DNA of 63,410 bases, filler included, from Octopus bimaculoides (Eukaryota): NCBI RefSeq assembly GCF_001194135.2. It is 7 parts of 6 records of this genome, joined end to end, with 100 filler letters (N's around TTAATTAATTAA, not from the genome) between each part and the next. Parts side by side here need not be neighbours in the genome. Positions count along the whole stretch, not along the records: positions 1 to 15,221 come from NC_068986.1; 6 more parts are not named here. The stretch is one strand, 5' to 3'. The translations under genes were made by a program, and so were the position numbers. This document shows, in pieces, positions 1-13,415 of the stretch. The notes beneath the pieces were generated by a model, which did not search any database, was not told the DNA's origin, and saw only the letters and a list, made by a program, of their open reading frames with translations. Each line of letters begins with the position of its first letter. Within the stretch, counting starts at the first letter, position 1.

Positions 1-52
<52 letters not shown>

Positions 53-483
53 ATCTCAGTCTCTCTGTCTGTCTTTCTCGTTCTCTGTTTGCGTATATAT
101 TTACACACATACACACGCAAGCCTACAAAATCCACAGTTTTTTGTATATGTCTTTGTATGTGAAGATATGTTTGCGCGCGCGTATGTGTATATGTGTGTA
201 AAGATACACATTATACAGGCATATATATATGCATATATATACATCACATGTATATACATCAACATATAACTAGCTATGTGCGTTTATTCGCTGTCACGCT
301 AAACGTATAACAATGAAATAGAATGCTGTAAAAGAGCAAATAAAGAGTGAGTGAGTAATAATTGGTTAAGTAAAATGTAAGTGAGTATGAAGATGAGGTG
401 TTTATTTATAATACATGGCCGAAGTAACAAACAAGAGAAATTGTGTACAAGTTGAGTAGTATTCCTAAAAACGGACGGCGGTG

Positions 484-909
484 TCTTTAGTCTTTTAGTC
501 TTTTACTTGTTTCAGTCATTTGACTGCGGCCATGGTGGAGCACCGCCTTTAGTCGAGCAAATCGACCCCAGGACTTATTCTTTGTAAGCCTAGTATTTAT
601 TCTATCGCTAAGTTACGGGGACGTAAACACACCAGCATCGGTTGTCAAGCGATGGTGGGTGGACAAACACAGACACACAAACACACATACATATATATGT
701 ACATATATACGACGGGATTCTTTCAGTTTCCGTCTACCAACTCCACTCACAAGGTTTTGGTCGGCCCGAGGCTATAGTAGAAAACACTTGCCCAAGGTGC
801 CACGCAGTGGGACTGAACCCGGAACCATGTGGTTGGTAAGCAAGCTACTTTATTTCATAAATATTTGCCATAAAAGCATTACAAAGAGAGGAACCACACA
901 GCCACTCCT
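484..909 (-). mobile_element. tRNA-derived SINE, family A (two-part, internal TA/TG microsatellite)
   Basis: Reverse complement reads AGGAGTGGCTGTGTGGT...GTTCCGGGTTCAGTCCCACTGCG (Pol III A/B-box-like head), then a body ending GACTGAAACAAGTAAAAGA. Near-identical to copies at 47331-47980, 54830-55255 and 62535-62915. About 40 bp of extra sequence at 851-892. Confidence 0.85.
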
Positions 910-963
910 GTACCTCCTGCGTGTAGGTATCGTTTATAGATATTAGAGTTGTATGGTAACTTA

Positions 964-1062
964 TAGATGTTTTCGATCGAGATTGGATTCTTTGCCATCA
1001 AATTTGAATTCTTTACAATCAAATTTGATGGCAAAGAATCCAAACTAGATCGAAAACATCTG
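964..1062. mobile_element. Palindromic MITE-like foldback element
   Basis: 43-bp inverted arms (965-1007 / 1019-1061) with 2 mismatches and an 11-nt loop; TA on both flanks (962-963, 1063-1064). Confidence 0.55.
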
Positions 1063-1489
1063 TATATGATTCAACATGAGTTAGCACCCTTAGATTTAAA
1101 TATATGCACACAGGAATACGCACATATAGGTGAAAAACGCAAGATATTTCGATATTTGTCAATATATTTGAATTATATCTTGATATTTTTATGAACATTC
1201 AGTCAAGGGATGCATTATTTGAAGTTACAAAGACGTGATAAGCGAGCCCAATTGTGCGAATCCTATCCTGACAAAGAATTATCCGCACGAAAGTTCATGA
1301 ATGTTGCTTACTGTTGCGAAATTTTAAGCAAAATCAATATATTAAATGAAACACATGCAATGAATACATACACGCATAAATACAAAAGTACATAAAACAT
1401 ATAAATTTGCATATACATACATACATACATACATACATACATACATACATACATACATACATGCATACATACATACATACACAGTCTAC

Positions 1490-1977
1490 ATCACACTAAA
1501 GATTAGAGAAAAAGTGAACAACTACGCCGAGCTACTGAGAAATTTACAGATACTCCACCCAGACTACAAGTTCAGATTCATACCCGTGGTTGTTGGGGCA
1601 TTGGGATATGTAACGAACTGCCTCAACAAAAACCTGGAAAAATTAGGGTTCTCAAATCCTGAAAGAAAAAAGGCTGATTAGAAGACTACAGATTCAAGAC
1701 ATCAATTGAACTGTAAAGATATGTAAAACTTTCCAAAAAAATTAGCACATAAATACATATGCATGCATCTAGACATGAAAATATATACATAAAAACGCAT
1801 CCATAAAACAAACATACAAATCTGCGCATACGCTAACACTAAATACTGCACGCACGCACATATGCAGAAATACCTAGATGATGTTGATAAAAGTTCCAAT
1901 GAAGGAGCCTTGAATCTATGCTAGAGTCCGGCTCTTTCTCTATTGACAAGAAATACAGAAATGAAACTGATTGATAA
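1490..1977 (+). mobile_element. 3' fragment of an RLE-type non-LTR retrotransposon (R4/Dong-like) in a (TACA)n array
   Basis: Translates ITLKIREKVNNYAELLRNLQILHPDYKFRFIPVVVGALGYVTNCLNKNLEKLGF, matching the C-terminal restriction-like endonuclease pattern EKxxxY...IPVVVGALG. Followed by a 3' UTR; (TACA)n on both sides; close paralogue at 45891-46455. Confidence 0.75.
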
Positions 1978-2059
1978 CATACGTACATACATACGTACAT
2001 ACATACATACATACATACATACATACATACAAACATACATGCATACATACATACATACT

Positions 2060-2160
2060 ATGTTGTTGATGTTAAAACTCCAATGAAGGAGTCTTGGATC
2101 TAGGTTAGAAACCGGCTCTTTCTGTATTGGCAAGAAATATTGAAATAAGCTGAATAATGA
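2060..2160 (+). mobile_element. Terminal 100-bp fragment of a related RLE element in (TACA)n
   Basis: Aligns to 1880-1977 (CCAATGAAGGAG...CCGGCTCTTTCT...CAAGAAATA); flanked by (TACA)n. Confidence 0.65.
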
Positions 2161-2751
2161 CATACATGCATACACACGCACATACATACATACATACATA
2201 CATACATACATACATACATACATACACACATACATACATACATACATGCATACACACATACATACAACTTTTGAGGTATTTGACCTGGTTATTTACATTC
2301 TGAATTCAAATACCGTCAATATCAATCTTTCAACGCTTCATATTTTCGGGGGTCAGTAAAATCAAGTACAGCTCAATTAGCAGGGATCAGTGGGATATAA
2401 CTTCCTGCTATCAAAATAATGAGCTTTGTACCTATATTAGAAACTGTTATTTAGGTATGGCGAGTTCGAATTTTGCTTTCCGTCATTTCGAGATATATAA
2501 CATTCGATGACAATCAAAGCGTGAAATACAACCAAATGACTAAATTGTTTTGACTCTTCCACATTATATTTTGTGTTCTAGTCTCTGTGTTAAGCATGAA
2601 AAAAATTAATATCAACTGTTTCACTCACACTCAGATTCCGCTCCATCACTGATAAAAAAAAAAACGGTACCTTACTGGGGTCGTTGGCACTGATTAAAGA
2701 CTTTTTTCCTAAAATTGCGAGTCATCAGCAACAATTTGAAAAATAGTAATT

Positions 2752-2768
2752 ACTACTAGTACTACTGT

Positions 2769-2818
<50 letters not shown>

Positions 2819-2990
2819 AGCAGTGAGCTAGCAGAGACAGTGTTAAGCAACATTTTTTCCGGCTTTATGTTCTCAGTCCAAATGCTACCGAGATTGACTT
2901 TCATCCGTCGTCGTCGTCGTCGTCGTCGTCTTCTTCTTCTTCTTCTTCTTCTTCTTCTTCTTCTTCTTCTTCTTCTTCTTCTTCTTCTTC
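2752..2990. repeat. (ACT)n and (GTC)n/(TTC)n microsatellites with an intervening family-B SINE fragment
   Basis: Direct reading; 2818-2900 resembles the family-B 5' part. Confidence 0.8.
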
Positions 2991-5212
2991 TCCTCCACCA
3001 CCTTCTTCTTTGTTGCTAACTTTCAAAATCTTAATGAAATGCTCTTGCAAAAACAATGTGACAAAAACAAAAACAAACAAACAGTAAAAGACCAGATCAG
3101 AACTCAAATATCATGTCATCGGACTAAATAAGTTCATATAAAACCTCATATGTAATTTAGAGAATGAGAACTATGGAAGTTAACCTTTGCCTTCCCTACC
3201 TGCAGGGTTGCTAAATTAAAGTACCAATCAAATACTGGGGTGAACGGCACCTACGAACTTCTTTCCTTCAAATACTACTGACCTTGTGTCTCTAATTTAG
3301 AAATAATTTAGAGAAAGACGATCATGGTATCGCCTTGCGATGCATTTACTCCCTTTACAAACTTCTTCTCTTTTAACGTATGTGAGAATCTCTGTCTGTC
3401 TGTCTCTTATTCTTTTCTCTTCCCTCGATATATAACGTCTGCTATTATATTTGCCTTGTGGTTGATATCCCTTTGTCACTAATTGTCTTTGTTTTTGTCA
3501 CTATATCTCTTTCACTATTTATGCAATCACTCACTCTGTTTCTCTGTCTCTGTCTCTCTTCCTTTTTCTCCCTTCTCTTTCTCTCTCTTCAACCGTTTCT
3601 CACTCTCTCGTACTTTTACAATCGTTATGTTTACATTTTTATTCCTCGTGATGTGTGGAGTATAAGAGAATTGAGTTGAAATGCGTATCTCTGAAAGTGC
3701 AAAGAAAAGAGTAGCTTGGAAAGTGGTGTGCTTGAAGACAGAAGGGAAAGTAAAGAGAGAGGATATCTATTAGGAGAAAGGAAAGTGTTGGAAGCTGGAA
3801 AGCGGTAAGAGTTTGAGATAAGGAAAGAGGGAGGAGGAGTAGTACTGAAAGTCAGACAGAGGAGGCGAGTGAGAGCATGGGGAATAGTGATCTAAAGAGG
3901 TCTGGAGTGTGAGAGAGAGAGAGAGAGAGTGTGTGTGTGAGTGAGGAAAAGAAGAGAGACAGAGGGAGGGAGAGAAACGAATAGCTGATCAGAAAGACAT
4001 AGAAACATAAGGTGGTAGACAATAAATGAGATAAACGCATATATAGTAAAATGTGTGTGCATATATGTACGTGTATATATGTGTGTGTGTATACATATGT
4101 TAGTGTATGTGTGTATGTGTGTTTATAGTTATGTACAAGTATATGTCTATATCTATCTATCTTTCTAAGCACATACTTACACACACATGCAAATATATAA
4201 ATTAGAGACTTTGTAAGAATGAAATAGAATAAGAGGACTAAAAGAGATTATACGCACGTATATATATATATATATAAATATATATATATNNNNNNNNNNN
4301 NNNNNNNNNNNNNNNNNNNNNNNNNNNNNNNNNNNNNNNNNNNNNNNNNNNNNNNNNNNNNNNNNNNNNNNNNNNNNNNNNNNNNNNNNNNNNNNNNNNN
4401 NNNNNNNNNNNNNNNNNNNNNNNNNNNNNNNNNNNNNNNNNNNNNNNNNNNNNNNNNNNNNNNNNNNNNNNNNNNNNNNNNNNNNNNNNNNNNNNNNNNN
4501 NNNNNNNNNNNNNNNNNNNNNNNNNNNNNNNNNNNNNNNNNNNNNNNNNNNNNNNNNNNNNNNNNNNNNNNNNNNNNNNNNNNNNNNNNNNNNNNNNNNN
4601 NNNNNNNNNNNNNNNNNNNNNNNNNNNNNNNNNNNNNNNNNNNNNNNNNNNNNNNNNNNNNNNNNNNNNNNNNNNNNNNNNNNNNNNNNNNNNNNNNNNN
4701 NNNNNNNNNNNNNNNNNNNNNNNNNNNNNNNNNNNNNNNNNNNNNNNNNNNNNNNNNNNNNNNNNNNNNNNNNNNNNNNNNNNNNNNNNNNNNNNNNNNN
4801 NNNNNNNNNNNNNNNNNNNNNNNNNNNNNNNNNNNNNNNNNNNNNNNNNNNNNNNNNNNNNNNNNNNNNNNNNNNNNNNNNNNNNNNNNNNNNNNNNNNN
4901 NNNNNNNNNNNNNNNNNNNNNNNNNNNNNNNNNNNNNNNNNNNNNNNNNNNNNNNNNNNNNNNNNNNNNNNNNNNNNNNNNNNNNNNNNNNNNNNNNNNN
5001 NNNNNNNNNNNNNNNNNNNNNNNNNNNNNNNNNNNNNNNNNNNNNNNNNNNNNNNNNNNNNNNNNNNNNNNNNNNNNNNNNNNNNNNNNNNNNNNNNNNN
5101 NNNNNNNNNNNNNNNNNNNNNNNNNNNNNNNNNNNNNNNNNNNNNNNNNNNNNNNNNNNNNNNNNNNNNNNNNNNNNNNNNNNNNNNNNNNNNNNNNNNN
5201 NNNNNNNNNNNN

Positions 5213-5286
<74 letters not shown>

Positions 5287-5765
5287 CGAGAGACTCATTC
5301 TGTCTGTATATGTTTGTGAGTTGATATTAGATGATGAAGTCGAGTGAATGGGGAGAGAGAGATATATATATATAGAGAGATAGAGGAACGGAGGCAACAA
5401 GAGATACAGTGTGTTAAATATCTATGACATTTATGGTAAAAGAACAGAAACGATAGTGTGATAATGAAGAAGAAATGGGAAAATGACAGACAATGTTTGG
5501 GTGTATGTGTATTTGTGTGCATGTGAGTGAAAGAGACTGATAGAGAGAGATAGAGAGAGAGAGAGGGCAGAGAGACAGAAAGAGAGACAGACAGATGAAA
5601 AGAGAGTCAGGGTGGCGAGTAAAGAGAATCGAATAGCTTGAAGCATTAAGGGACTACGAACGAATATCTACGATGCAGGCTAGGAGTTGACGAGAGTAAG
5701 ATTAATAAAGTTTAGAGAGAAAATAGTAAGTGATGACGTCAGACAGGGGTATAGTAAGAGTGTGG

Positions 5766-5772
<7 letters not shown>

Positions 5773-5854
<82 letters not shown>

Positions 5855-6018
5855 GGGTGGCAGATAGTTAGGTGAAAAAGTAAGGTAAAATACAGATGAA
5901 GTGGAGAGAACTATAAAATGAACGTGAGATCAAAGAAGAGAGGAAAAAGATGCTAGGTGACAGGGTAACAATGTTTGGAAGTGATTAGTGACGTAATACT
6001 GGACAGAAGAAGAAAGAG

Positions 6019-6101
<83 letters not shown>

Positions 6102-6110
6102 AAAAGAAAG
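5773..6110. repeat. (GA)n and (AAAG)n microsatellites
   Basis: Direct reading. Confidence 0.9.
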
Positions 6111-6552
6111 AGAGGACGAGAGGAGGTTGTATATATTATATAAAAGATAAAAGGAGTAGAGCATGATACGAACACACGCAGACGCAAACAGAATTGCACA
6201 AAAACACATGCTCGTGCGCGTTCAGGTTTTAACTCTTTGTGTTTGTGGGTATGTACAAATGTGTATACGTGTGTCTGGGTGGTTATAACATCTAAACATA
6301 GGCATCAAGGCATATCTTTACATCATAAATACACACAGACATACATATAAAATACATGTTCATATCTGTCTATTTGTCTGTCTATGCCAGACTATATAGC
6401 ATTTTGCTGTAATGGTATGTCGAAATTCTTTAACCGTTCGCCTGAATACTGTTGTTTTCTGTTGTATTTTTCAGTGTTAGTGGTAGTTTATCTCAGGATT
6501 CTAACTCCACTTTCTAGTAGGTAGGCGCCCCGTGTGCCCTTTTGATACATAC

Positions 6553-6595
<43 letters not shown>

Positions 6596-6598
<3 letters not shown>

Positions 6599-6751
6599 GT
6601 AGTATTATAGCCCGATTTCATTCGGGTCTACTCAGGCCACATTTTTAAGATGAGCAATTTTGTCCTAAAAGTCACGCCTTTCAATTGAGCAAACTCAAAG
6701 TTGCCATTTCGGTTATCAATAAAATCGTCCATTCAAGTTGTAGACCAAAAG

Positions 6752-6785
<34 letters not shown>

Positions 6786-7139
6786 GTAACTACAAGGAGA
6801 CTATTGATCAGTACGTTTAGAAAATATAAATACAGCAATATGGGAAGCATCTGGACTTCAAGTCAACACGTATATTCGACCATTCAGCAGAGTGCAGTCT
6901 ATTCATAATCTGTGCTATACTGGCGGTAACATATATAGCGAAACGTATGCACATCGTTGCCGCTTTCGTGCAAACAAAGATCAGAAATCCCCGCCTTAAA
7001 TCATAAAAATCTTCTTGTAATTATCTTGTTTTTTTCTTTCAAATATTGTAACAGTTACCGCTAATCATTGTTACTTTTCTGTAAAGCAAGAGGAGATTTA
7101 AAATAAATATCTACTACGAGTTTGTCATGTAGCGTCATT

Positions 7140-7171
<32 letters not shown>

Positions 7172-7172
7172 G
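6596..7172 (-). mobile_element. Non-autonomous Helitron-like element
   Basis: Minus-strand 3' end GACCCGAATGAAATCGGGC (CCCGA/TCGGG hairpin) shortly before CTAG-T at 6596-6599. Putative 5' end TCTATATA...TAAA at about 7172; the 5' boundary is uncertain. Confidence 0.5.
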
Positions 7173-7302
7173 ATATATATATATATATATATATTGATAG
7201 AGATATGGTGATAGATCAGTATGAATATACGTGCATGTATGCACATACACACACACACATATATATAATATATAAAACATATTTAATATATATATCTATA
7301 TC

Positions 7303-7334
<32 letters not shown>

Positions 7335-8397
7335 CTAAGAGACTTAGGGGTTGAGGATTCAATCCACTAAGGGATAGTATCTATACAATATACTGCTTTG
7401 AGGGTACCCAATTATTGTTACACTAGTGTTATACCAAGTGTAATAAGTTGGTGCGGGTAAAAGGGGGGTCATTTTACCCTAAATTTATATAGCAATTAGA
7501 AAATGTAGGATAATATGCTGTACCCAACGACTTGCAGACTGTATTCCGTTGAATTAATTAACTTATTTTGTAACTAAAATGACAAAAAACCCACAAAATA
7601 CAAATGTTTATGACAAACCATGTTATATTGACATTCGGGTTTACAAATATATAGTACATTAGGAATTTGAGAATAAACATAAACTTACAGCTGTTTCGGC
7701 CTAGCGTTGACATGCCCCATTCTATCCGAATAGCTCCTGCCGGAGTAATTAGCGGATGAAATGCTGAAATGGGGGTACATGCACGATTCGCTAAAAATTC
7801 CACACAAATATACAGTAAGAGATAAAAACAAAAATGAAATAGAAATGAAAATTAAAATAAAAATAAAAATAATATTTATTTGTTAATTTATTTATTTATT
7901 CATTTATTCATTCTGTCACACAGCACCTAGCATTGATGTCCTTCATTTCCTTAGTTACTGTTTCCAACTTGCTCTTTCATTCTGTTGAAGTATACATTCT
8001 CTTTCTTTTTTTCTCTCTTACTCTTTCTCAAATACGCCCGAAATATAAAGGTATTGTCAGATGTTTTCCTATTTTCCTTTTCCTTCCCCTATTTCAATAC
8101 TCCAATGCTTCAAGCGACCTACAAAGCTCTTATATATATACTGGGTCATCTCATAAATAATGCATTTTTTAAAAATATGTCTTAGTCTTCAAAACTAAGA
8201 TAAATTTTCCTTTTTTAATTTAAAATATACTCTCCTTCATTTAATCTAAAATATACTCTTCTTAATCTGATTATCATTTATTCCACAGTATTCAAAACCA
8301 TTTGGACGGAAATAAATATGAATTCTGTATACGAGGTTTAATGCTAAATTTATTCAGATATCAGGGGATGAAAACAAGTTATTATAATTTGCTGAAA

Positions 8398-8900
8398 TTA
8401 CAAGATATGCTAAAACTGGTGGTCATTAGCTTCCAGACATTTATTAGCATGGTCAACCGCTGCTTGGGCAATGTTAGACAAAGTGTCCAGTGGGATCGCT
8501 GCACATGCTGTATTAATTTCTTCCGGAAGGACCACCTTGCAGCTGATTTTCAGCAGTATACGACTTCCTTTAAGATACCCCTTTTGTAACATTGTGCAAA
8601 TGTTAAATCAGAACGTGTGAGGATTTCAGCTGCACCTCTTCGGCCTATCCAGTGTCACTGCATATTCCCATCCATGTAAGCTAGAACGTTTCTGCGGTAT
8701 TGTGGAAGTGCGCCGTCTAGCTGAAGTAAATTTCAACATTTCCATAAAATGCATGCATGGCAGGTAAAATAGACATGTGAGGTATGCTTGACCAGTAACA
8801 TTGCTTTTAAAGGAAAATGCTCCTTACAAAACACTTGATGTAATTCCACCTTAGAAGTTAAGCGTAGTAAATTGATTGCCGTGTCCACATGCTAAAGAAG
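8398..8900 (-). pseudogene. Degenerate Tc1/mariner-superfamily transposase C-terminus (DD41D/rosa-like)
   Basis: Minus translation GITSSVL*GAFSFKSNVTGQAYL...QLDGALPQYRRNVLAYMDGNMQ*HWIGRRGAAE..RSDLT...EEINTACAAIPLDTLSNIAQAAVDHANKCLEANDHQF*HIL*. This matches the QDGAPPH...WIGRRG..WPPRSPDLTP...CLEANGHQFEHLL pattern; it carries stops and frameshifts. Confidence 0.8.
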
Positions 8901-9001
8901 AAAAGAAAATACAAAAAACCGTTACAGATACCTTGCATTAATTCCGTGATGTCTTGATAAAATTAGTATTAAAATATTTCTACAAGTTTCATTTTGGCAG
9001 A

Positions 9002-9306
<305 letters not shown>

Positions 9307-9440
9307 AATAGCTAAAAGAAAGATAAAGATGATATGCATATATATGCACACAAACATATATGTATGCATACTCTTTTTTGCATGAATACATAGGAATGTA
9401 TATATAACTACAATGATTCGCCCACATATACACATATATA

Positions 9441-9652
9441 AGGCGGTGAGCTGGCAGAAACGTTAGCACGCCGGGTAAAACGCGTAGCGGTATTTCGTCT
9501 GTCTTTGCCATCTGAGTTCAAATTCCGACGAGGTAGACTTTGCCTTTCATCCTTTCGGGTTGATAAATTAAGTACCAGTTGCGTACTGGGGTCGATCTAA
9601 TCGACTGGCCCCTTACCCCCAAAATTCGGGCCTTGTGCCTAGAATAGAGAAG
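9441..9652 (+). mobile_element. SINE family B, well-preserved copy
   Basis: AGGCGGTGAGCTGGCAGAAACGTTAGCACGCCGGG...TGAGTTCAAATTCCG (B-box-like)...CTGGGGTCGATCTAATCGACT...CCTTGTGCCTAGAATAGA; many other copies in the window. Confidence 0.85.
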
Positions 9653-9756
9653 CACACATATAAATAATTGCAAATAACAAATTAGATTTTAATATAAAAC
9701 TTTCGTTTTCATGAGAAACAATTGTAAAGAGTACACACACACACATACACACACAA

Positions 9757-9809
<53 letters not shown>

Positions 9810-10739
9810 TGCATACATACACACAAACATACATGGCGCTGAGTTTAACGCAGCATGCCTTGTCTTAGCTATCATACGTCGTTCCTGGTTTCTCTCTTTC
9901 TCTCTCTATGTGAGCGTGTGTCTCTATGTGTTTGTACGTGAGTGTGTCTTCCTGGTAGCCTCTGTATGCGTATGTACACATGTGTGTCTGTTAATGTGTC
10001 CCTGTTACATCAAAATGGAAGAATCATATAATCTGACAGAGTGAAAAGTAAACATATAGATAGATATATAGATGGATAGATAGATAGATAGATAGATAGA
10101 CAAGAAGGGAGAGATAGAGAGAGAGAAAGAGAGAGAGAGAGGGACATGTACAAAAACGTGAGTGATGGTGTAATATATACAATTTCTCTGTATGTAATCG
10201 ATTTTGAAGCCTTCACTTGTTGGTAATAATGAAACAGTTGTGAAAGTTCATAGCACCAATGTTTGGTAAATATTGACCATTCATAGATTACATTTCATAG
10301 GGATTGTTTCTGACAGGATATCAAGCCATGTCCAGCAAGCAACTATCGTTTCTGATTGGTCAATTCTCTCCTTCTCTCCCACTTCTTTCCTTCTCCTTGC
10401 TCATATATAACATGTCGTTCACACCATCCTGGCATCTATACCCACACACCATCGGACACCAGCCAACAACAGCATATATATTACCGTATACACACACACG
10501 CACATACCCACAAATACACTTTCGCGCTCACAGAGGCATACATACACGCATACATATGCTACAGCATGGTACTACTCCACCGTATACCTTCCACAATCAA
10601 GAAACGCCTTCCAAACACCACCCAACCAGCCGACCGCCAACGTTCTCATCTACATCCGTAATAATCGATAACATTACACTTTCCATTACTAATAAATGGG
10701 ATTTCTGGAAAATTCAGTTTGCTGTTGACGACGCGGAAG

Positions 10740-10811
10740 ATGATGATGACGACGAGAGGATGATAGTGATGATGATAATTATGATGATGATGATGATGAT
10801 GACGATGATGA

Positions 10812-10842
<31 letters not shown>

Positions 10843-11117
10843 GATGATGATGATGGTGATGATGATGATGGTGACGTTGACGACTACGACGACGATGACA
10901 AAATAAATTATGGTGCAAAGATAATGACATTGTTGCTTGGTGATGCTGATAATGATGATTATGACGATGATGGTGATGATGACGACGACGACGACGACGA
11001 CTATGATGATGATGGTGGTGACGATGATAATGGTGATGGTGATAGCGTACATATTGATAGATGCGTTGTTACCGGCTGCTGGTGATGGAGGTGATAGTGA
11101 TGACGATGTAAATGATA

Positions 11118-11169
<52 letters not shown>

Positions 11170-11210
11170 CGGTGATGACGATGACGGTGATGACGATGAC
11201 GATGATGTGT
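10740..11210. repeat. Compound (GAT)/(GAC)/(GGT) trinucleotide array
   Basis: Direct reading; source of the poly-M/H/D/I pseudo-ORFs. Confidence 0.9.
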
Positions 11211-11901
11211 AATTACTTGATGATAATTTCTATTGTTTTTCTTTTTGTTTTTTTTTTTGTTTTGTATAAGAAAGATGTATTTGCAATGTAAATGCCTTGA
11301 CGAAGACCTTACAAACTGGACCAACCGCTTGGCTTCTTTGCAACGTAACAATCGGAAGAAAATATATCTATGTCATATTCTAACACAATGCCGTGACAAT
11401 AGCATATATGCCGTTCTGTACGTTTTGAAGAAGATGCTCAGCTAATGACTGGTTTGTTTTCAGGATAAACCTTAAAGACTACAAAATATTTCATAGCGTG
11501 GATATTATAGATGAGTCACTCAACGTTCTCTACCTCACAACGCACATAGCCGCCATCTTGCATCCTCAGTGGTATTACCATATAATGTAAGTCTGTATGC
11601 ATTCATGAATATNNNNNNNNNNGTGGTATTACCATATAATGTAAGTCTGTATGCATTCATGAATATATATATATATATATATATATCTTCGAAACGCTTA
11701 GTTTTAGAATAGTGGAGGTTGATGAAGGAAATGTTCTCTGTGTGGCCTGTGTGATTTCTGTACTCTGTTTATGTTCTGTTTTTCATTTTGTCCACGTTTT
11801 TTTGTGACGTCCTGTACCCAGATACGCATCTGTATATACATGTACATGCAGGTATGTACATACATGTAAGTGTATATGCATATACTCACATATTATTTGT
11901 A

Positions 11902-11938
<37 letters not shown>

Positions 11939-13268
11939 TATATNNNNNNNNNNNNNNNNNNNNNNNNNNNNNNNNNNNNNNNNNNNNNNNNNNNNNNNNN
12001 NNNNNNNNNNNNNNNNNNNNNNNNNNNNNNNNNNNNNNNNNNNNNNNNNNNNNNNNNNNNNNNNNNNNNNNNNNNNNNNNNNNNNNNNNNNNNNNNNNNN
12101 NNNNNNNNNNNNNNNNNNNNNNNNNNNNNNNNNNNNNNNNNNNNNNNNNNNNNNNNNNNNNNNNNNNNNNNNNNNNNNNNNNNNNNNNNNNNNNNNNNNN
12201 NNNNNNNNNNNNNNNNNNNNNNNNNNNNNNNNNNNNNNNNNNNNNNNNNNNNNNNNNNNNNNNNNNNNNNNNNNNNNNNNNNNNNNNNNNNNNNNNNNNN
12301 NNNNNNNNNNNNNNNNNNNNNNNNNNNNNNNNNNNNNNNNNNNNNNNNNNNNNNNNNNNNNNNNNNNNNNNNNNNNNNNNNNNNNNNNNNNNNNNNNNNN
12401 NNNNNNNNNNNNNNNNNNNNNNNNNNNNNNNNNNNNNNNNNNNNNNNNNNNNNNNNNNNNNNNNNNNNNNNNNNNNNNNNNNNNNNNNNNNNNNNNNNNN
12501 NNNNNNNNNNNNNNNNNNNNNNNNNNNNNNNNNNNNNNNNNNNNNNNNNNNNNNNNNNNNNNNNNNNNNNNNNNNNNNNNNNNNNNNNNNNNNNNNNNNN
12601 NNNNNNNNNNNNNNNNNNNNNNNNNNNNNNNNNNNNNNNNNNNNNNNNNNNNNNNNNNNNNNNNNNNNNNNNNNNNNNNNNNNNNNNNNNNNNNNNNNNN
12701 NNNNNNNNNNNNNNNNNNNNNNNNNNNNNNNNNNNNNNNNNNNNNNNNNNNNNNNNNNNNNNNNNNNNNNNNNNNNNNNNNNNNNNNNNNNNNNNNNNNN
12801 NNNNATATATACATATATATATATATACATGCATATCGATGTGTGTATATGTTCGTATGTATATGTATGCATATATTTATGTACACATGCATATATATTT
12901 ATGTATATATATACATACATACATACATACATACATACACGCACACAGACACACATGGTAAATTAGCGCGCATGTGTGTATTAATGAAGGTGATTCTCTC
13001 CGTTGCGGGTCAGAAAAACATTGTCATCCTTAAAATATTTGAATCTATTGAAACTTTTTTCAAAATCGCAAATATTGCAACAAACTTTTAACAAAATCTG
13101 TTTCCTCATTAATTGCAATGATTTTCTTTTTCTTTTTTCCTTAAAACATATTGTTATTCGTAAATAGCATTCACATTAAAACGGCCAACTTGCTGTTACT
13201 TGAAGTCTCTGGGTGAGACTTGGAGCAGCTCGTAGAAAGCAAAGAAAAAAATAGCAACGACAAGGGCA

Positions 13269-13333
<65 letters not shown>

Positions 13334-13369
13334 TAATAATAGTAGTAATACTAATAATTATATTAATAC

Positions 13370-13413
<44 letters not shown>

Positions 13414-13415
<2 letters not shown>

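Noticed and set aside
1893-1940. Hammerhead-like layout in the 3' UTR of the (TACA)n RLE family (CCAATGA..AGCCT/A(T/G)GCT..GAAACCGG in the 2060 copy)
   Set aside because: All three copies read CCAATGA rather than CTGATGA, and only one has GAAA; more likely a 3' recognition stem-loop.
7685-7730. Half hammerhead GGCC-GAAACAGCTGT-A on minus (palindromic stem III)
   Set aside because: No CUGANGA upstream in this copy.
11569-11666. 44-bp direct repeat
   Set aside because: The copies sit on either side of a 10-N gap; an uncollapsed contig overlap.
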